64,000 bases of DNA from a candidate division FCPU426 bacterium (lineage in GTDB: Bacteria > Oederibacteriota > Muellerivitia > Muellerivitales > Muellerivitaceae). Each line of letters opens with the position of its first letter. The first letter of the stretch is position 1. Position numbers and translations under genes: made by a program. Shown piece by piece: positions 19,729 to 30,859 of the stretch. The notes under the pieces were generated by a model. That model did no database searches. It was not told the DNA's origin and worked only from the letters and a program-made list of their open reading frames with translations. The stretch lies in contig CAVYSE010000028.1 of the NCBI GenBank assembly GCA_963771075.1, positions 64,001 to 128,000 of the forward strand, written 5' to 3'.

Positions 19729-22530
19729 CTAGTTGGCGTTTTTCCAGAACATGAACAGGTAATCCCGCAGGGCTTCCCGCTGTTTGAGAGAATTTCCACC
19801 AAAATATTGGGGGGCGGGCGAGACATCCTGCGGCCAAAAACCCGGCATACGGGTACCCGGCATAAGGTCATCCGGATTCTTGAGCCATTCCACTACCCAA
19901 TCGGGTTTCAGGCGCTCATGAACTTGGTATAGGTCCGGGGCCGCCGAATTCAAGTCGGGGGGAATCTTGTTTCCTAGGACATGGCATTTTTGACACTGCA
20001 GTTTCGCAAAAAGAGCTTTGGCTTGGACCAGGTCCTGGCCTTTTAAGACCTGGGTGTCAGGGCTCTTGAAGGGAAACACCTGGTCTTCCTTTGAGTTGAA
20101 ATAGGTAATTACGTCGCTGATATCCTCATCCGACCAGTGGAAACTGGGCATCCGGATGTGTAGCCAGGGACGGATCGGGTGTACGTTTAGTAGAAAGTTA
20201 TGGAACCAATCGATTTGAAGCTTGGCCCCTTCCTTGCGCAGATTGGGGGGGGCCAGGGAGAGATCGATGCCTTCGTTCTCGTACATGGCGCGGATTTTAC
20301 CGCCTTGGTCTTCGATCAAATGACAGCCTCTGCAATTGAGCTTGGCAATGACCCTTTTACCCTTTTCCAGCAGTGGTCCGTTGCCGTGGATACCCGCTGT
20401 CATCTCGTCCGGCACATAGGTTTTGGTAAGACCCAGGACGGCCGTGGCGATCGCTTCCCTATCTTCATCCGACAGGTTGAAATTGGGCATTTTTAGCCGG
20501 TCTTGAAAGGCTTGAACCTTGTCCATGTCAAATTGGCGGGGATTGGAAAGTTTGGCGTTAAGGAAATCCTGGTGCGTATGGGCCACATCGGTAAAACCAA
20601 AGTCGATCTGGCTGATCTGTTTGCTTCCCCACTCCGATAGCTCGGTACCGATACCCTGGGCTGTCTCAAAACCCGTGATCATGTGACAGCCGAAGCAACC
20701 ATACTTCACAAGGCTCTTTTGGCCCAGCAAAAGGTCTTTTTCCTCGTCGGTCATGGAGGCGACTTGGGCTTGGGCGGCCTTGGGGCCTGACTGCACCTTT
20801 AAATAATCCACCAGCAAAGAATCTCTCATGGCCGGATCGCTTGAAGGCGGCTCAGCCGCCTCAAAATTCTTATTCTTCTTGGTCATCAGGTAGGCCGTGA
20901 TATCGGAAGCTTCTTGGGCCGAAAGTCTCAATTGAGGCATGCGGGTATCTGGATCATAGTGGTGCGGATTGCGGATCCAGGTATAGACCCAGGAGGAGGA
21001 AAGTTTACTTCCGGCGGCGGATAAATCAGGCGCGAAGATCGCGTGATAACCGGGGATATCGTCCATCCCATGACAGGCCGCGCATCCCACATCGTGGAAT
21101 AGCTTCTTTCCTGCCTTTGCGCTTCCCGGACCGGGAGCCTCATTGGGGGTATATTCACCCGAATGGTCAAAGAGGTAGGTGACAATGGAATTCAATTCAG
21201 CCTTGGTTTTAGCCAACCCTTCCGCGTCGTTGTTGTTGGTTTGCTGGAAATAACTCGGCATTTTGGCGGCCGGATTAAAGGACCTGGGGGACCATACCCA
21301 CTTCAAGACGAATTCCTTTTTGAGCTTTCCCTTGATCTTTAAGAGATTCGGCCCGGCCTTGGGTAAACCTTCTAGGTTTTTCACCTTATGGCAACCCACG
21401 CAACCCCGTACCACCATTAATTCCCGCCCCTTGTCCAGCTTGGGCGCGAAGTTAACATGTTGTTGGGTGTTATGACATTTCAAACAGGCGCCTTCGGCGA
21501 ACTTGAGGGGAAGCATAGGCTCGGCGATACCCTCTGGTTCTTTCCAACCATAACGCGTTTTCCATTTATTGGCTTGTTCCTCGTCATTGGGGGCGTGGGC
21601 GCAGGTGTTGAAATTGACGGCTGCCCCGACCCCACCATGGCATATGGTGCATCCGACCTTGTCCATAGGATGGGGGCTGGTAGATCCTAAATACAGTTCC
21701 AGATGAGGATGGGTGCGAAAAGGCTCGGGAGCGTCCTCATAGCCCTTTTTGTCGATGGCCTGGTGGCAGGTCGTACAACGGTCCACCCGCATCGTTTTGG
21801 CGAAATACATGTCTTCCGGGAGATTATGGAGGACAATTTGGTGGATCTGAATGGTGGGCGACATGAAGTCCAACAACATGGCGTTACGAAAATAAAATAG
21901 GAAGTCGGGCTTGAGGCCGGCCGCCCGTGTTTTGAAAAAGTCAAATTGTTTGCGCAAACCCGCGAGCTTGTCCTTGATCTCGTCCCGTTTAGAGGTCAGG
22001 TCGGTCATCCGTTTGTCAGCATCGGCTCGAGCCTGGCGCAGATCAAGAAGTTTCTGGTTAAGCGCAGAGGCTTTATCCACCAATTGATCGATCTCTTTTT
22101 TCAAGCTTGGATTGTCTTTTCCGGGTTTAAGGTAATGTTCTGAATACTCATATTTCGTCGCGTCAATCTTGGCTTTTGTCACCTGGTACACCATGTTGGT
22201 TTTATATATTTGATTGTCTAGGTCCGCCTGCTGGTTTTGGAGTTGTTCAACGAGATCCTGGCGAGACTGCAGGTCCTTTTCCGCGTCTTTCTTATCAACC
22301 AGAAGCTGTTTGTAAAGGGCCAAGTCGATTTCGCCCTTCGCCTCATTGCGTTTTTCCAGGGCTTTTTGCCGTTCCATTTGCATGAACTGGCGTTGGTATT
22401 TTTTCCAGTCCCGGTGGTAATCGGCATAAGCCATCCAAATTACGGCGATTAACAGACCAATGCTGGACCAAAGAAATACCTTAGTAAGGGTGAGGGTGTT
22501 ATAAACTCGCTCGTCTTTGAAGTCGGCCAA
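19729..22530 (-). CDS. Membrane-anchored multiheme cytochrome c with coiled coil (8 CxxCH)
   Basis: CTTCH, CTICH, CLKCH, CVGCH, CAACH, CFGCH, CRGCH, CQKCH; N-terminal TM helix. Confidence 0.92.
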   Translation of the reverse strand: MADFKDERVYNTLTLTKVFLWSSIGLLIAVIWMAYADYHRDWKKYQRQFMQMERQKALEKRNEAKGEIDLALYKQLLVDKKDAEKDLQSRQDLVEQLQNQQADLDNQIYKTNMVYQVTKAKIDATKYEYSEHYLKPGKDNPSLKKEIDQLVDKASALNQKLLDLRQARADADKRMTDLTSKRDEIKDKLAGLRKQFDFFKTRAAGLKPDFLFYFRNAMLLDFMSPTIQIHQIVLHNLPEDMYFAKTMRVDRCTTCHQAIDKKGYEDAPEPFRTHPHLELYLGSTSPHPMDKVGCTICHGGVGAAVNFNTCAHAPNDEEQANKWKTRYGWKEPEGIAEPMLPLKFAEGACLKCHNTQQHVNFAPKLDKGRELMVVRGCVGCHKVKNLEGLPKAGPNLLKIKGKLKKEFVLKWVWSPRSFNPAAKMPSYFQQTNNNDAEGLAKTKAELNSIVTYLFDHSGEYTPNEAPGPGSAKAGKKLFHDVGCAACHGMDDIPGYHAIFAPDLSAAGSKLSSSWVYTWIRNPHHYDPDTRMPQLRLSAQEASDITAYLMTKKNKNFEAAEPPSSDPAMRDSLLVDYLKVQSGPKAAQAQVASMTDEEKDLLLGQKSLVKYGCFGCHMITGFETAQGIGTELSEWGSKQISQIDFGFTDVAHTHQDFLNAKLSNPRQFDMDKVQAFQDRLKMPNFNLSDEDREAIATAVLGLTKTYVPDEMTAGIHGNGPLLEKGKRVIAKLNCRGCHLIEDQGGKIRAMYENEGIDLSLAPPNLRKEGAKLQIDWFHNFLLNVHPIRPWLHIRMPSFHWSDEDISDVITYFNSKEDQVFPFKSPDTQVLKGQDLVQAKALFAKLQCQKCHVLGNKIPPDLNSAAPDLYQVHERLKPDWVVEWLKNPDDLMPGTRMPGFWPQDVSPAPQYFGGNSLKQREALRDYLFMFWKNAN

Positions 22531-22545
22531 GTCTTTTTCCTTTTC

Positions 22546-23631
22546 TTAAATGTTAAAGAAAAATTCGGGGATCGCCACGATGTATTTCAGGTTCAACACC
22601 CACCGCAAAACCATCTTGATGGGAAGGGCCGCCATCAAGAGGGCCAAGTTAATAAAAATCCCATACCGGACCAAACCTAATTTTTCCAAAAACTCCCGGA
22701 GAATTTTGATGTTTTGGGTCAATAGAGGAGGAAGACCCACGAGATAAAACCCCACTAAAAGAAAACCAGGCAATTCCCGAAGTAACCAAAAAGACGGTAG
22801 GCCTATACCTAGAATTTTGACCCACACATATTCTGAAAGATTTACGTTGTTTAGCACAACGACCTTGTGCGCATCCCAAGCCTCAAATGGGCCAAAGAAA
22901 TTCCATGCCGGACCGCGAAGGAAGGTACCCAAAAAAATCAACGTGACCCACAAAATGAAGAAACCAAAAAGAAAAGGGGTGATCGCCCATTGCCTCTCGG
23001 AAAATGTGTAATACCCCGAACCCTTCGGGTTCTTGTCTATGTATGGAATAGCCATGAGGCCCACGATGATAAGGCTGGGAAAAACCACCCCTGCCAGCCA
23101 AGGATCATAATAAACCAGCATTTCCTGCAAACCTAAAAAGTACCAGGGCGCCTTGGAGGGATTGGGCGTCCATGCGGGAGTGGCCGATTCTTCCAGGGGA
23201 GCGTGTAACACAAGGGACCAGACCAACAATAGAACGCCGCCAATAACAGTTGCGATAAATTCGATATAAACAAGATCAGGCCAGACATAGGTTTTTTTAT
23301 CGGAAGTTTCCTTCTCAACAGGGGGCTGTCCCTGGGCAATACGCCGGTCATTGACCACCGCCTGGCGGAAGGACAGCCAGGTAAAAAACGCCACCGAGAA
23401 AACCATGATAAATATCGGAAAATTATCGGCTTTGGTGGAAATATCCCGGAAATGATCATTGAACATAGAAACCAGCAGTAACGACACGACACCCATAAGC
23501 ATCTTCAAGGCAAATTTTGGTTCGGTCCAGGTTTCACGGTAACGGATCATCGCCCAGAAAGCCATAACGCTCATGAGAAAATACATCCAAGGTTGAAAAA
23601 GAAAATTAGTGAAATCAATTAATAATTGCAT
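22546..23631 (-). CDS. Cytochrome b C-terminal subunit (subunit IV-like)
   Basis: WPDL and TPNPSKAPWYFLGLQE motifs; multi-TM. Confidence 0.85.
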   Translation of the reverse strand: MQLLIDFTNFLFQPWMYFLMSVMAFWAMIRYRETWTEPKFALKMLMGVVSLLLVSMFNDHFRDISTKADNFPIFIMVFSVAFFTWLSFRQAVVNDRRIAQGQPPVEKETSDKKTYVWPDLVYIEFIATVIGGVLLLVWSLVLHAPLEESATPAWTPNPSKAPWYFLGLQEMLVYYDPWLAGVVFPSLIIVGLMAIPYIDKNPKGSGYYTFSERQWAITPFLFGFFILWVTLIFLGTFLRGPAWNFFGPFEAWDAHKVVVLNNVNLSEYVWVKILGIGLPSFWLLRELPGFLLVGFYLVGLPPLLTQNIKILREFLEKLGLVRYGIFINLALLMAALPIKMVLRWVLNLKYIVAIPEFFFNI

Positions 23632-23658
23632 GAAGCCTCATTTTAATAACGGGTCTAA

Positions 23659-24489
23659 TCAAAGCGGCCCGGAAATACCGCCGTCCTTACGGACTCGCCA
23701 AAAATGGATGGCCATCAAGGTAGCGGCTACCAGCGGGATAAAAACACAATGGAGGACATAAAATCGAAGTAAAGTAGCTTCCGACACGAAATGCCCACCC
23801 AGAAGGGCAAAATGGATATCGGAACCACCATGCACCAATTTCACCCCGCCGATTTGGATCATGGAAGCTCCCGGACCCTCGTAACCCATAAAGGGGGTTG
23901 CCCGGGCCATATTGGTTCCGACCGTAATGGCCCACATGGCTAATTGGTCCCAAGGCAAAAGATATCCGGTAAAAGATAAAAGAAGAGTCAAAACCAATAA
24001 AAGAACTCCCACCACCCAATTGAATTCACGAGGTGGTTTATAGGAACCCGTCATAAACACCCGGAACATGTGCAGCCAAACGGTAATCACCATGGCATGT
24101 GCACCCCAACGATGCAACTCCCGCATAATACCCAAAGGAACATGCTCGCGCAGGGCGATAATGTCGTAATAAGCGTATTCAGCTGTAGGGCGATAGTAGA
24201 ACATGAGGAGAACCCCACTAACCGTTAATACCAGGAAAAGAAAAAAGGATAACCCTCCCATGCACCAGGTATAGCTCATCTTGATACCCGAATAGCGCGC
24301 CTTCACGGGATGAAGATGGAGGAAAACATTGGAAAGTACCGCCATGATGCGATTACGCGGGGTATCGGGATAACCGTGGCGGAAAATAGATTTCCATACT
24401 TGACCTTGGACAAGCGATTGCTTAATAGCCTCCGGCGAAGGGGCCTGGGTCTTCATTTGATCGATTTTCTTTTTCAACCTATCCAACAT
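23659..24489 (-). CDS. Cytochrome b/b6 N-terminal subunit
   Basis: [25 protein letters not shown] and RFYVLH motifs. Confidence 0.93.
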   Translation of the reverse strand: MLDRLKKKIDQMKTQAPSPEAIKQSLVQGQVWKSIFRHGYPDTPRNRIMAVLSNVFLHLHPVKARYSGIKMSYTWCMGGLSFFLFLVLTVSGVLLMFYYRPTAEYAYYDIIALREHVPLGIMRELHRWGAHAMVITVWLHMFRVFMTGSYKPPREFNWVVGVLLLVLTLLLSFTGYLLPWDQLAMWAITVGTNMARATPFMGYEGPGASMIQIGGVKLVHGGSDIHFALLGGHFVSEATLLRFYVLHCVFIPLVAATLMAIHFWRVRKDGGISGPL

Positions 24490-24519
24490 TCCATTACCCC
24501 TTTCAATCCCATACCTGCG

Positions 24520-25296
24520 TCAAGCCTTGAATTCAAGGAAAGCCCCTGGTTGGCTCCATTGCCCCAGCTCATATTGATATTTTTGACTTTCATCCACTTG
24601 AATTTGCCCATCATCCGCAAGGGTAATATTAAATCGTTCCAAGGGTCTAGGGGCAGGTCCCTCAAAATTAATGCCACTTAGGTAATATCCGCTTCCATGG
24701 CAGGGGCACTTAAATTTTTGCTCGGATTGAAGCCAATTTGGAGTACAGCCCAAATGGGTGCAAATGGTGGATAATGCGTAAAAACCCAGCTCGTTACGGA
24801 CGATCCAAACTCGATGCTCGTCCTTAAAGCGGTTATCCACTCCAATAGAAAATTGGTCCGGAAAACCCACCTTGAATTTCAAGGGCGGTTCAAAAGTAAC
24901 ATTGGGGAAAAAGAAACGGAGACAGGTGCTTAAAGCTCCCATGGTAGCCGCGGTAAAAGCTATCCAAGCCCAACCTAAAAGGGTGATAAAAGACCGACGT
25001 GTCATGGCGGGGCTTAATAATTCCTCACCCTCGATCGATTCTTTTTCTACTCGAGGTTTAACTTTTCCGGGAATGAATTCGGGAATTGTCTCGTTATTTC
25101 GCAAACCATAACTAATTGTGAAAATTAAAAGTACAATTATGTATAGAAACCAAATTGAGAGTATTCCTAAACCCATTGGGGATAAGGACTTTATAGATTC
25201 CATTATTTCATTGGATGCCATCGCACTTGATGAAATAAAAATAATTAATAGGGAAAGGCAAATAATAAGTTTTCGGTTCAAATTCTGATTCAGCAT
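24520..25296 (-). CDS. Rieske iron-sulfur subunit
   Basis: CTHLGC, CPCHGS and GPAPRPL motifs; Tat-like TRRSFI. Confidence 0.93.
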   Translation of the reverse strand: MLNQNLNRKLIICLSLLIIFISSSAMASNEIMESIKSLSPMGLGILSIWFLYIIVLLIFTISYGLRNNETIPEFIPGKVKPRVEKESIEGEELLSPAMTRRSFITLLGWAWIAFTAATMGALSTCLRFFFPNVTFEPPLKFKVGFPDQFSIGVDNRFKDEHRVWIVRNELGFYALSTICTHLGCTPNWLQSEQKFKCPCHGSGYYLSGINFEGPAPRPLERFNITLADDGQIQVDESQKYQYELGQWSQPGAFLEFKA

Positions 25297-25610
25297 GGAT
25301 CCATGGCTCCCAATGGACTATGGCAAATTAAATAAACGCCATTCAAAAAAAGAGTGGCGATAAACAAAACTTCCTAAAAACATGCGCATTCTAGTCGAGT
25401 ATTTTTTAACGAGTCAAGAAGCGGACCGATTTAATTTGCCATTTAATACACTAATAATCTTTTCTATCCATTCATCAAACCTTCAACATTATTATCGTGA
25501 TAAATATAAGACCATAGGCAAAACCAAAAACCTACTTTCATTAGGTAACTTGCGATTTTAGGGGTCGATGCAATTAACTAGCAAAAACCATAGGAACTAA
25601 TTGTTAAATG

Positions 25611-25647
25611 AAAAAGGCCAACCATACTTGGTTGGCCTTTAATTTTT
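25611..25647. terminator. Intrinsic terminator after the GH8 gene
   Basis: aaaaaggccaacca-tact-tggttggccttt hairpin with A/T tracts. Confidence 0.7.
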
Positions 25648-25660
25648 AAAGCAAGATTTT

Positions 25661-28600
25661 TTAACGGAGAACTAGCAGTTTCCCTATGGATCGTCCGCTA
25701 TTGGTAGTCACTACAACGTAATATAGGCCGCTCGCCAAGGGGTTGTTCCAATTATCGACCAAGGATATCTTCGGGTCATTTCCATAGTTCAAGCCATAGG
25801 TGTGATTAAAGACCTTCCGGTAAGCGACCGTATAGATTTCCACGGTCACTGAGTTACCGGTATAAACCGGAGGACGAATTGCCACAGGAGATGTACCATC
25901 AGCGGGATTCGGATACACGACAGGAACCTTCAACGGAACCGGCGTCTGAGTGAATGTCGGCGTAATGGTCCCAGTCGAAGTAACTGTAAAGGTAAAAGTA
26001 GGAGTGGCGGTCACAGTTGTCGTGAAAGTTCCCGTTGGGGTAAAGGTCGGAGTATTTGTAAAAGTATAGGTAAAAGTGTTGGTTGGAGTAGAAGTCGCTT
26101 GTTGGCAATTAACCGTATTGACGTTTAGAGGAAGCCCTACAACTGAAATTAATTGACCGCCGTTATTAGCGCTAGTTCCGGTCAAACCCGTAATTGAAAA
26201 TTGATAGGTTCCCGCCGAGTTGCCAATGTAATTCACCAGCACAACAAGATTTGCGGGCGAGGTAGTCACTAAATAATTATTCAAGCTAATCGTCGCGGTG
26301 TTTCCGGTGAACCCTGTGGCAACTCCCTCTTGTGTTCCATTGATGTATACATCCACGCTGGTAATGTTGGCCGAATTTGCTCCCGAGTTTGTAATCGAAA
26401 GGCTTGTTAAATTGACATCCGAAAGGGGAGAAGTGTTTAGTGTGGCCGAAGCCGCCGTCACACCAGTACTCCCGGTCAAGGTGTTCACGGTAATCGAAGT
26501 TGAAGTCAAATTCACGCTACCAGACGTTGGAGTGGCCGTAGCGGTCTGGGTTGAAGTGGCTGTAAAGGTTTGTGTAATGGTGGCGGTTGAGGTACTAGTC
26601 GAGGTAGAGGTATCCGTAGGCGATAAGGTAGGCTGTTGACAATTAACCGTGTTCCCGCCAATAGGTAAGCCCGTAACTGAAATTTGTTGCCCGCCATTGT
26701 TGGCGCTGGTCCCAGTCAAACCAGTGATCGAGAATTGATAGGTACCCGTTGAACTTCCATTGAAATCAACCAATATTTGAATATTAACGGGTGACGAGGT
26801 AACCAGATAATTACTCAAACTTATTGTATCCGTATTCCCGGTGAAACCTGTCGAGGTTCCTTCTAGTGTTCCATTTACATATACATTTATACCCGTGATA
26901 TTGGATGAACTCGACCCAGTGTTGGTTATCGTTATGTTCGTTAGATTAACGGTTGATAATGGCGAAGTAGTCAGGGTGCCACTTATAGCCGTTACGCTTG
27001 AGCTTCCCGTTAGAACATTAACATTAGAAGAAGAAGTATTCACATTCACTGTCCCTGAAGTGGCTGTCGAGGTAGCCGTCTGAGTTGAAGTTGCGGTGCT
27101 AGTCCATGTCGGTGTAGTGGTTGTTGTAAAAGTTTTGGTGTAGGTAAACACCGGCGAATTCGTGATCGTTGGAGTAACCGTCACGGTACTCGTAAAGGTG
27201 GGGGTAAAGGTATTCGTAAAAGTATTCGTTATTGTTGTTGTGTGTGTTGGGGTGAGACTACTCGTCTGGGTGGGGGTATTGGTGATGGTTGGAGTGTCGG
27301 TTGATGTTGCGGTGCGGGTGGATGTAAAGGTAAAGGTATAAGTGCCCGTATTAGTCTGGGTTGTGGTGGAAGTAAATGAATAGGTGATCGTTGGAGATAA
27401 GGTGACAGTCGGGGAAAGGGTGATGGTCGGGCTAAATGGGAAAGTTGCAGTGGGCGTACCCGTATGGGTGGGTGTTTCGGTAATGGTAAAGGTCGTTGTG
27501 CTCGTCGGGGTTGATGTACGCGTGGAGGTTGTGGTTGAAGTTGCCGTAGAGGTCGATGTTGCCGTCCAGGTATTAGTTACGGTTGGGGTGAAAGTTGCGG
27601 TTGAGGTATGGGTGTGGGTATAGGTCGAGGTGGACGTAACCGTACTAGTTAGTGTATTCGTCGGCGTAAACGAGGCGGTGATGGTCGGAGTAAGGGTCAC
27701 TGTCGGGGATAAGGTGATCGTTGGGCTTAATGGGAATGTGGCCGTTGAGGTGCCTGTTTGGGTCGGGGTTCCCGTAACAGAATTGGTCGAGGTGTTCGTG
27801 GGTGTCAAAGTGCGGGTAGAAGTGGAGGTGAAAGTTGAGGTGCCCGTGAAAGAAGCGGTCGAGGTATGGGTCGACGTAAAGGTCGCTGTTGCAGTCGCCG
27901 TAAAGGTGGATGTTCCCGTTGAAGTACGGGTGGCCGTTGCAGTGGTCGTAAAGGTGGATGTCGGGGATGAAGTTAGCGTTGGGGATAAGGTAATGGTTAA
28001 GGTAAACGGGGATGTTGCGGTGGGTGTTCCCGTGATTGTGGAAGTCATGGTGCGGGTAGCTGTAGTTGTACTAGTAGAAGTCGAGGTGTTAGTTGCCGTA
28101 AAAGTGGGTGTTGGTGTAGCCGTATTCGTGGTGGTCGAAGTTCGGGTCATGGTAACTGTCAGGGTTGAAGTTGGGGATAACGTGTTTGTTGCAGTTGATT
28201 GAATCGTTGCCGTGGAAGTCCCCGTGGGGGTAATCGTGGAAGTCGGGGTAGATGTTTTGGTATAAGTTGAAGAGGGCGAGGCAGTATTGGTTTGGCTGCT
28301 GGTGAAGGTTGGGCTATTGGGGACAGTAGCCGTTATAGTCGAAGTCGTAGTACGACTAGCCGTTGGCGTCGGGGTGTAGGTATTGGTGGTTCCCGATGTT
28401 TGAGTAGCCGTGATAGTAGGAGTACGAGTAAGTGTGCTCGTATTTCCCGGGGTGGCAGAATTGACAAAAGTCGCGGTAGCAGGTGGGGTAGCGGTCGGAA
28501 CAACAATAACGGTTTGGGTTTGAGTCGGGTTGACATAGGTGATACAAACTTGGTCAACCCAGAAGCCAAAAGTCGCAGGACCCGTCGCGGCGTTTTCACA

Positions 28601-30628
28601 CTGCCACTGCAATGCATCCACGTCCGAAAGGGCAGTATTCAAAGTATAGGTAGTTCCACCGCTAGGGGTGTTGGTAGTCGGCGCGGGAATAATGGGAGGG
28701 CACATGGCAATAGTTGTGCCGGCGTAATTTCCCCAATTACCGCAAAGAATACTACTCCGAGGAACAATAACCTGCTGCCAGGTACCAGCCGCATTAGTCG
28801 CTGTAACAGGGAAATTGTAACCATACTGATCTCCATTTCCAGACCCGGTGATGTCAATATGCGGATTATGGAATACCAACCTCAGGGTTTCCGTTGTTCC
28901 TGCGGATTGGTTTGTCTTTACATAAAATGAAATTTGGGACATGTAATCAGGCGCTGTTAAATTCTGGTAGGAAGAGGTTTGGGAGGCTGGGCCCATTTCC
29001 GTGGCAAGGGCAAAACCCGCATAGACCACCGTCGTAGCGGTGCCCGTTCCCGGGGGAATGACCACACCGGTAACTGTCGCACCATTGGATCCATACCAGC
29101 CCGTTACCCGAGCGGCATAATAAGAGTTAGCGACCGATCCTTGACCAGAAGTTGTCCCATCCACGATATAAGAAGGTGGCGATACACCCCAGAGCGATGG
29201 AGTCACAACTTGAGTGTTGTTTACCGACGCATACCCGTAAGTGTACCAAAAACCGTCAGTGGAATTAAGCGGAGTGCCACTTTCAAGGTCTGAAAGCATA
29301 AAGCAAGTCTGAGGAACCGGGGTAAAGGTTGGCGTACAAGTAGGGGTGCCGCAGGGATTAACGCCACAAACGAAATCCTGGAAGTTATTAGATCCTATTA
29401 ATGCGCCCCAAAGACAAAGACTATCCTGAAAATATTGAAACCCAGTGCTTTCAAAACCATGCCCGGACCCGGGAAGAATCATATTCCATAAACTATCCAC
29501 GTTACCTTGATTCGCATCCACCATTTCAGCTACCAAAGCTCCCGGTACTTGGAGACCGGAAACGTTGGACCCTCCCGGTGCCCCAGAAGTAATATTCCAA
29601 GATTCTTCCACTTCATTTCCCATAGAAGTACCACCCGTAATAGCGGTGGCTATCGTACCTCCCATTTTCCCGACATAAGTTATAGCCGATGCGTTACCAT
29701 TCCACAGATAATCCAACCCAACACGAATAGGATAACGGGATGCGTCATACCCCATGCAACAAGTCGCCGCACTAGCATTGCTCCCATTGGCACTGGCCGT
29801 ATCTGGCATAAAACCAGTTGTATTAAATGAAGAAAAATAATTGTTATAGACCCAATTAATTACATTCGTCCAATTATGGGTACTAGCTTGACTGTCATGC
29901 GCCGCCCAACAACGATACCAAGCCGGTTCCATGTAACTGGAATAATAAGGTGTTTGATATGCATCCCCGGAATAAACGGCATAATCACTGGTATTGGCGA
30001 TTTCCGAGTTATAGATTCCATTAGCAATTAATTGGAAAGCATTTTTATAATTTACGGTTCCCGCCGAACCCCATTGGGCATCCGCCAAAAGTAATGCTTC
30101 AGCCATATCCTCATCAGCATCTGTCGCCGAGTTGTTATTACATCCCGAACCACCCGGGCAAGTCCAATTCATCAAGTTGTTGTTATCTTTAAAATTATTA
30201 TAGTAATTGTAAAGGCCGTTCATGAGAGTCTGATCGGCCATTTCAGCGGCAAATAACATCCCATAACCAATGCCTTCAGAAACCGTATCGTTGCCATTGG
30301 CGCTACCACGAGTAACCCGAAGACAACCAGAGCATGTACCGGTCGCGCTGACAACAGCGTTGGTATACCACGTGTTATACATTTGAGAAACAGCGGAATC
30401 CATGCCCGCTTGGGTTCCAGAATTGGTTAGGGAAGGGTTAACAAGAGCCGCACCCGCGTTATAAGCGACGTGATGAGGAAACAGATATTTCGGTGTTCCA
30501 GAATTAACAGCTTGGCCAAAAGCCGAACCCACTGTTAAAAGAATGGCGAAGGGAAAAAAGAGATTCAAAATGATTTTAGAAATAGGTTTCAACGTATTTT
30601 CTTTTCTAAAAATTGGAGTCGAGTGCAA
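25661..30628 (-). CDS. Secreted GH8 glycoside hydrolase with CBM-like domain, Thr-rich linker, two Ig-like repeats and a YPNP C-terminal domain
   Basis: TVSEGIGYGM, SATDADEDMA and YDASR motifs; start may be TTG at 30592. Confidence 0.88.
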   Translation of the reverse strand: MHSTPIFRKENTLKPISKIILNLFFPFAILLTVGSAFGQAVNSGTPKYLFPHHVAYNAGAALVNPSLTNSGTQAGMDSAVSQMYNTWYTNAVVSATGTCSGCLRVTRGSANGNDTVSEGIGYGMLFAAEMADQTLMNGLYNYYNNFKDNNNLMNWTCPGGSGCNNNSATDADEDMAEALLLADAQWGSAGTVNYKNAFQLIANGIYNSEIANTSDYAVYSGDAYQTPYYSSYMEPAWYRCWAAHDSQASTHNWTNVINWVYNNYFSSFNTTGFMPDTASANGSNASAATCCMGYDASRYPIRVGLDYLWNGNASAITYVGKMGGTIATAITGGTSMGNEVEESWNITSGAPGGSNVSGLQVPGALVAEMVDANQGNVDSLWNMILPGSGHGFESTGFQYFQDSLCLWGALIGSNNFQDFVCGVNPCGTPTCTPTFTPVPQTCFMLSDLESGTPLNSTDGFWYTYGYASVNNTQVVTPSLWGVSPPSYIVDGTTSGQGSVANSYYAARVTGWYGSNGATVTGVVIPPGTGTATTVVYAGFALATEMGPASQTSSYQNLTAPDYMSQISFYVKTNQSAGTTETLRLVFHNPHIDITGSGNGDQYGYNFPVTATNAAGTWQQVIVPRSSILCGNWGNYAGTTIAMCPPIIPAPTTNTPSGGTTYTLNTALSDVDALQWQCENAATGPATFGFWVDQVCITYVNPTQTQTVIVVPTATPPATATFVNSATPGNTSTLTRTPTITATQTSGTTNTYTPTPTASRTTTSTITATVPNSPTFTSSQTNTASPSSTYTKTSTPTSTITPTGTSTATIQSTATNTLSPTSTLTVTMTRTSTTTNTATPTPTFTATNTSTSTSTTTATRTMTSTITGTPTATSPFTLTITLSPTLTSSPTSTFTTTATATRTSTGTSTFTATATATFTSTHTSTASFTGTSTFTSTSTRTLTPTNTSTNSVTGTPTQTGTSTATFPLSPTITLSPTVTLTPTITASFTPTNTLTSTVTSTSTYTHTHTSTATFTPTVTNTWTATSTSTATSTTTSTRTSTPTSTTTFTITETPTHTGTPTATFPFSPTITLSPTVTLSPTITYSFTSTTTQTNTGTYTFTFTSTRTATSTDTPTITNTPTQTSSLTPTHTTTITNTFTNTFTPTFTSTVTVTPTITNSPVFTYTKTFTTTTTPTWTSTATSTQTATSTATSGTVNVNTSSSNVNVLTGSSSVTAISGTLTTSPLSTVNLTNITITNTGSSSSNITGINVYVNGTLEGTSTGFTGNTDTISLSNYLVTSSPVNIQILVDFNGSSTGTYQFSITGLTGTSANNGGQQISVTGLPIGGNTVNCQQPTLSPTDTSTSTSTSTATITQTFTATSTQTATATPTSGSVNLTSTSITVNTLTGSTGVTAASATLNTSPLSDVNLTSLSITNSGANSANITSVDVYINGTQEGVATGFTGNTATISLNNYLVTTSPANLVVLVNYIGNSAGTYQFSITGLTGTSANNGGQLISVVGLPLNVNTVNCQQATSTPTNTFTYTFTNTPTFTPTGTFTTTVTATPTFTFTVTSTGTITPTFTQTPVPLKVPVVYPNPADGTSPVAIRPPVYTGNSVTVEIYTVAYRKVFNHTYGLNYGNDPKISLVDNWNNPLASGLYYVVVTTNSGRSIGKLLVLR

Positions 30629-30859
30629 AGATTACCTCAACAGCTCTTATAGGTAAACAAGCAATTTTTGTACCTTTAAAATGGAAAAAGTTTACCGATA
30701 AACAACATATTTACTAAGTTTTCACAATGTGAATAACCCACTAGACAAGCCTTTTTGTCAGGTTTTGGCCTAAAGCCGATTAGTTTTTTGACGAAGTGGG
30801 ATGAAATCAATCATTTTTTGAATTAAAGCTTTTTTACCAAAAAAACAACGTTTTTTAGA

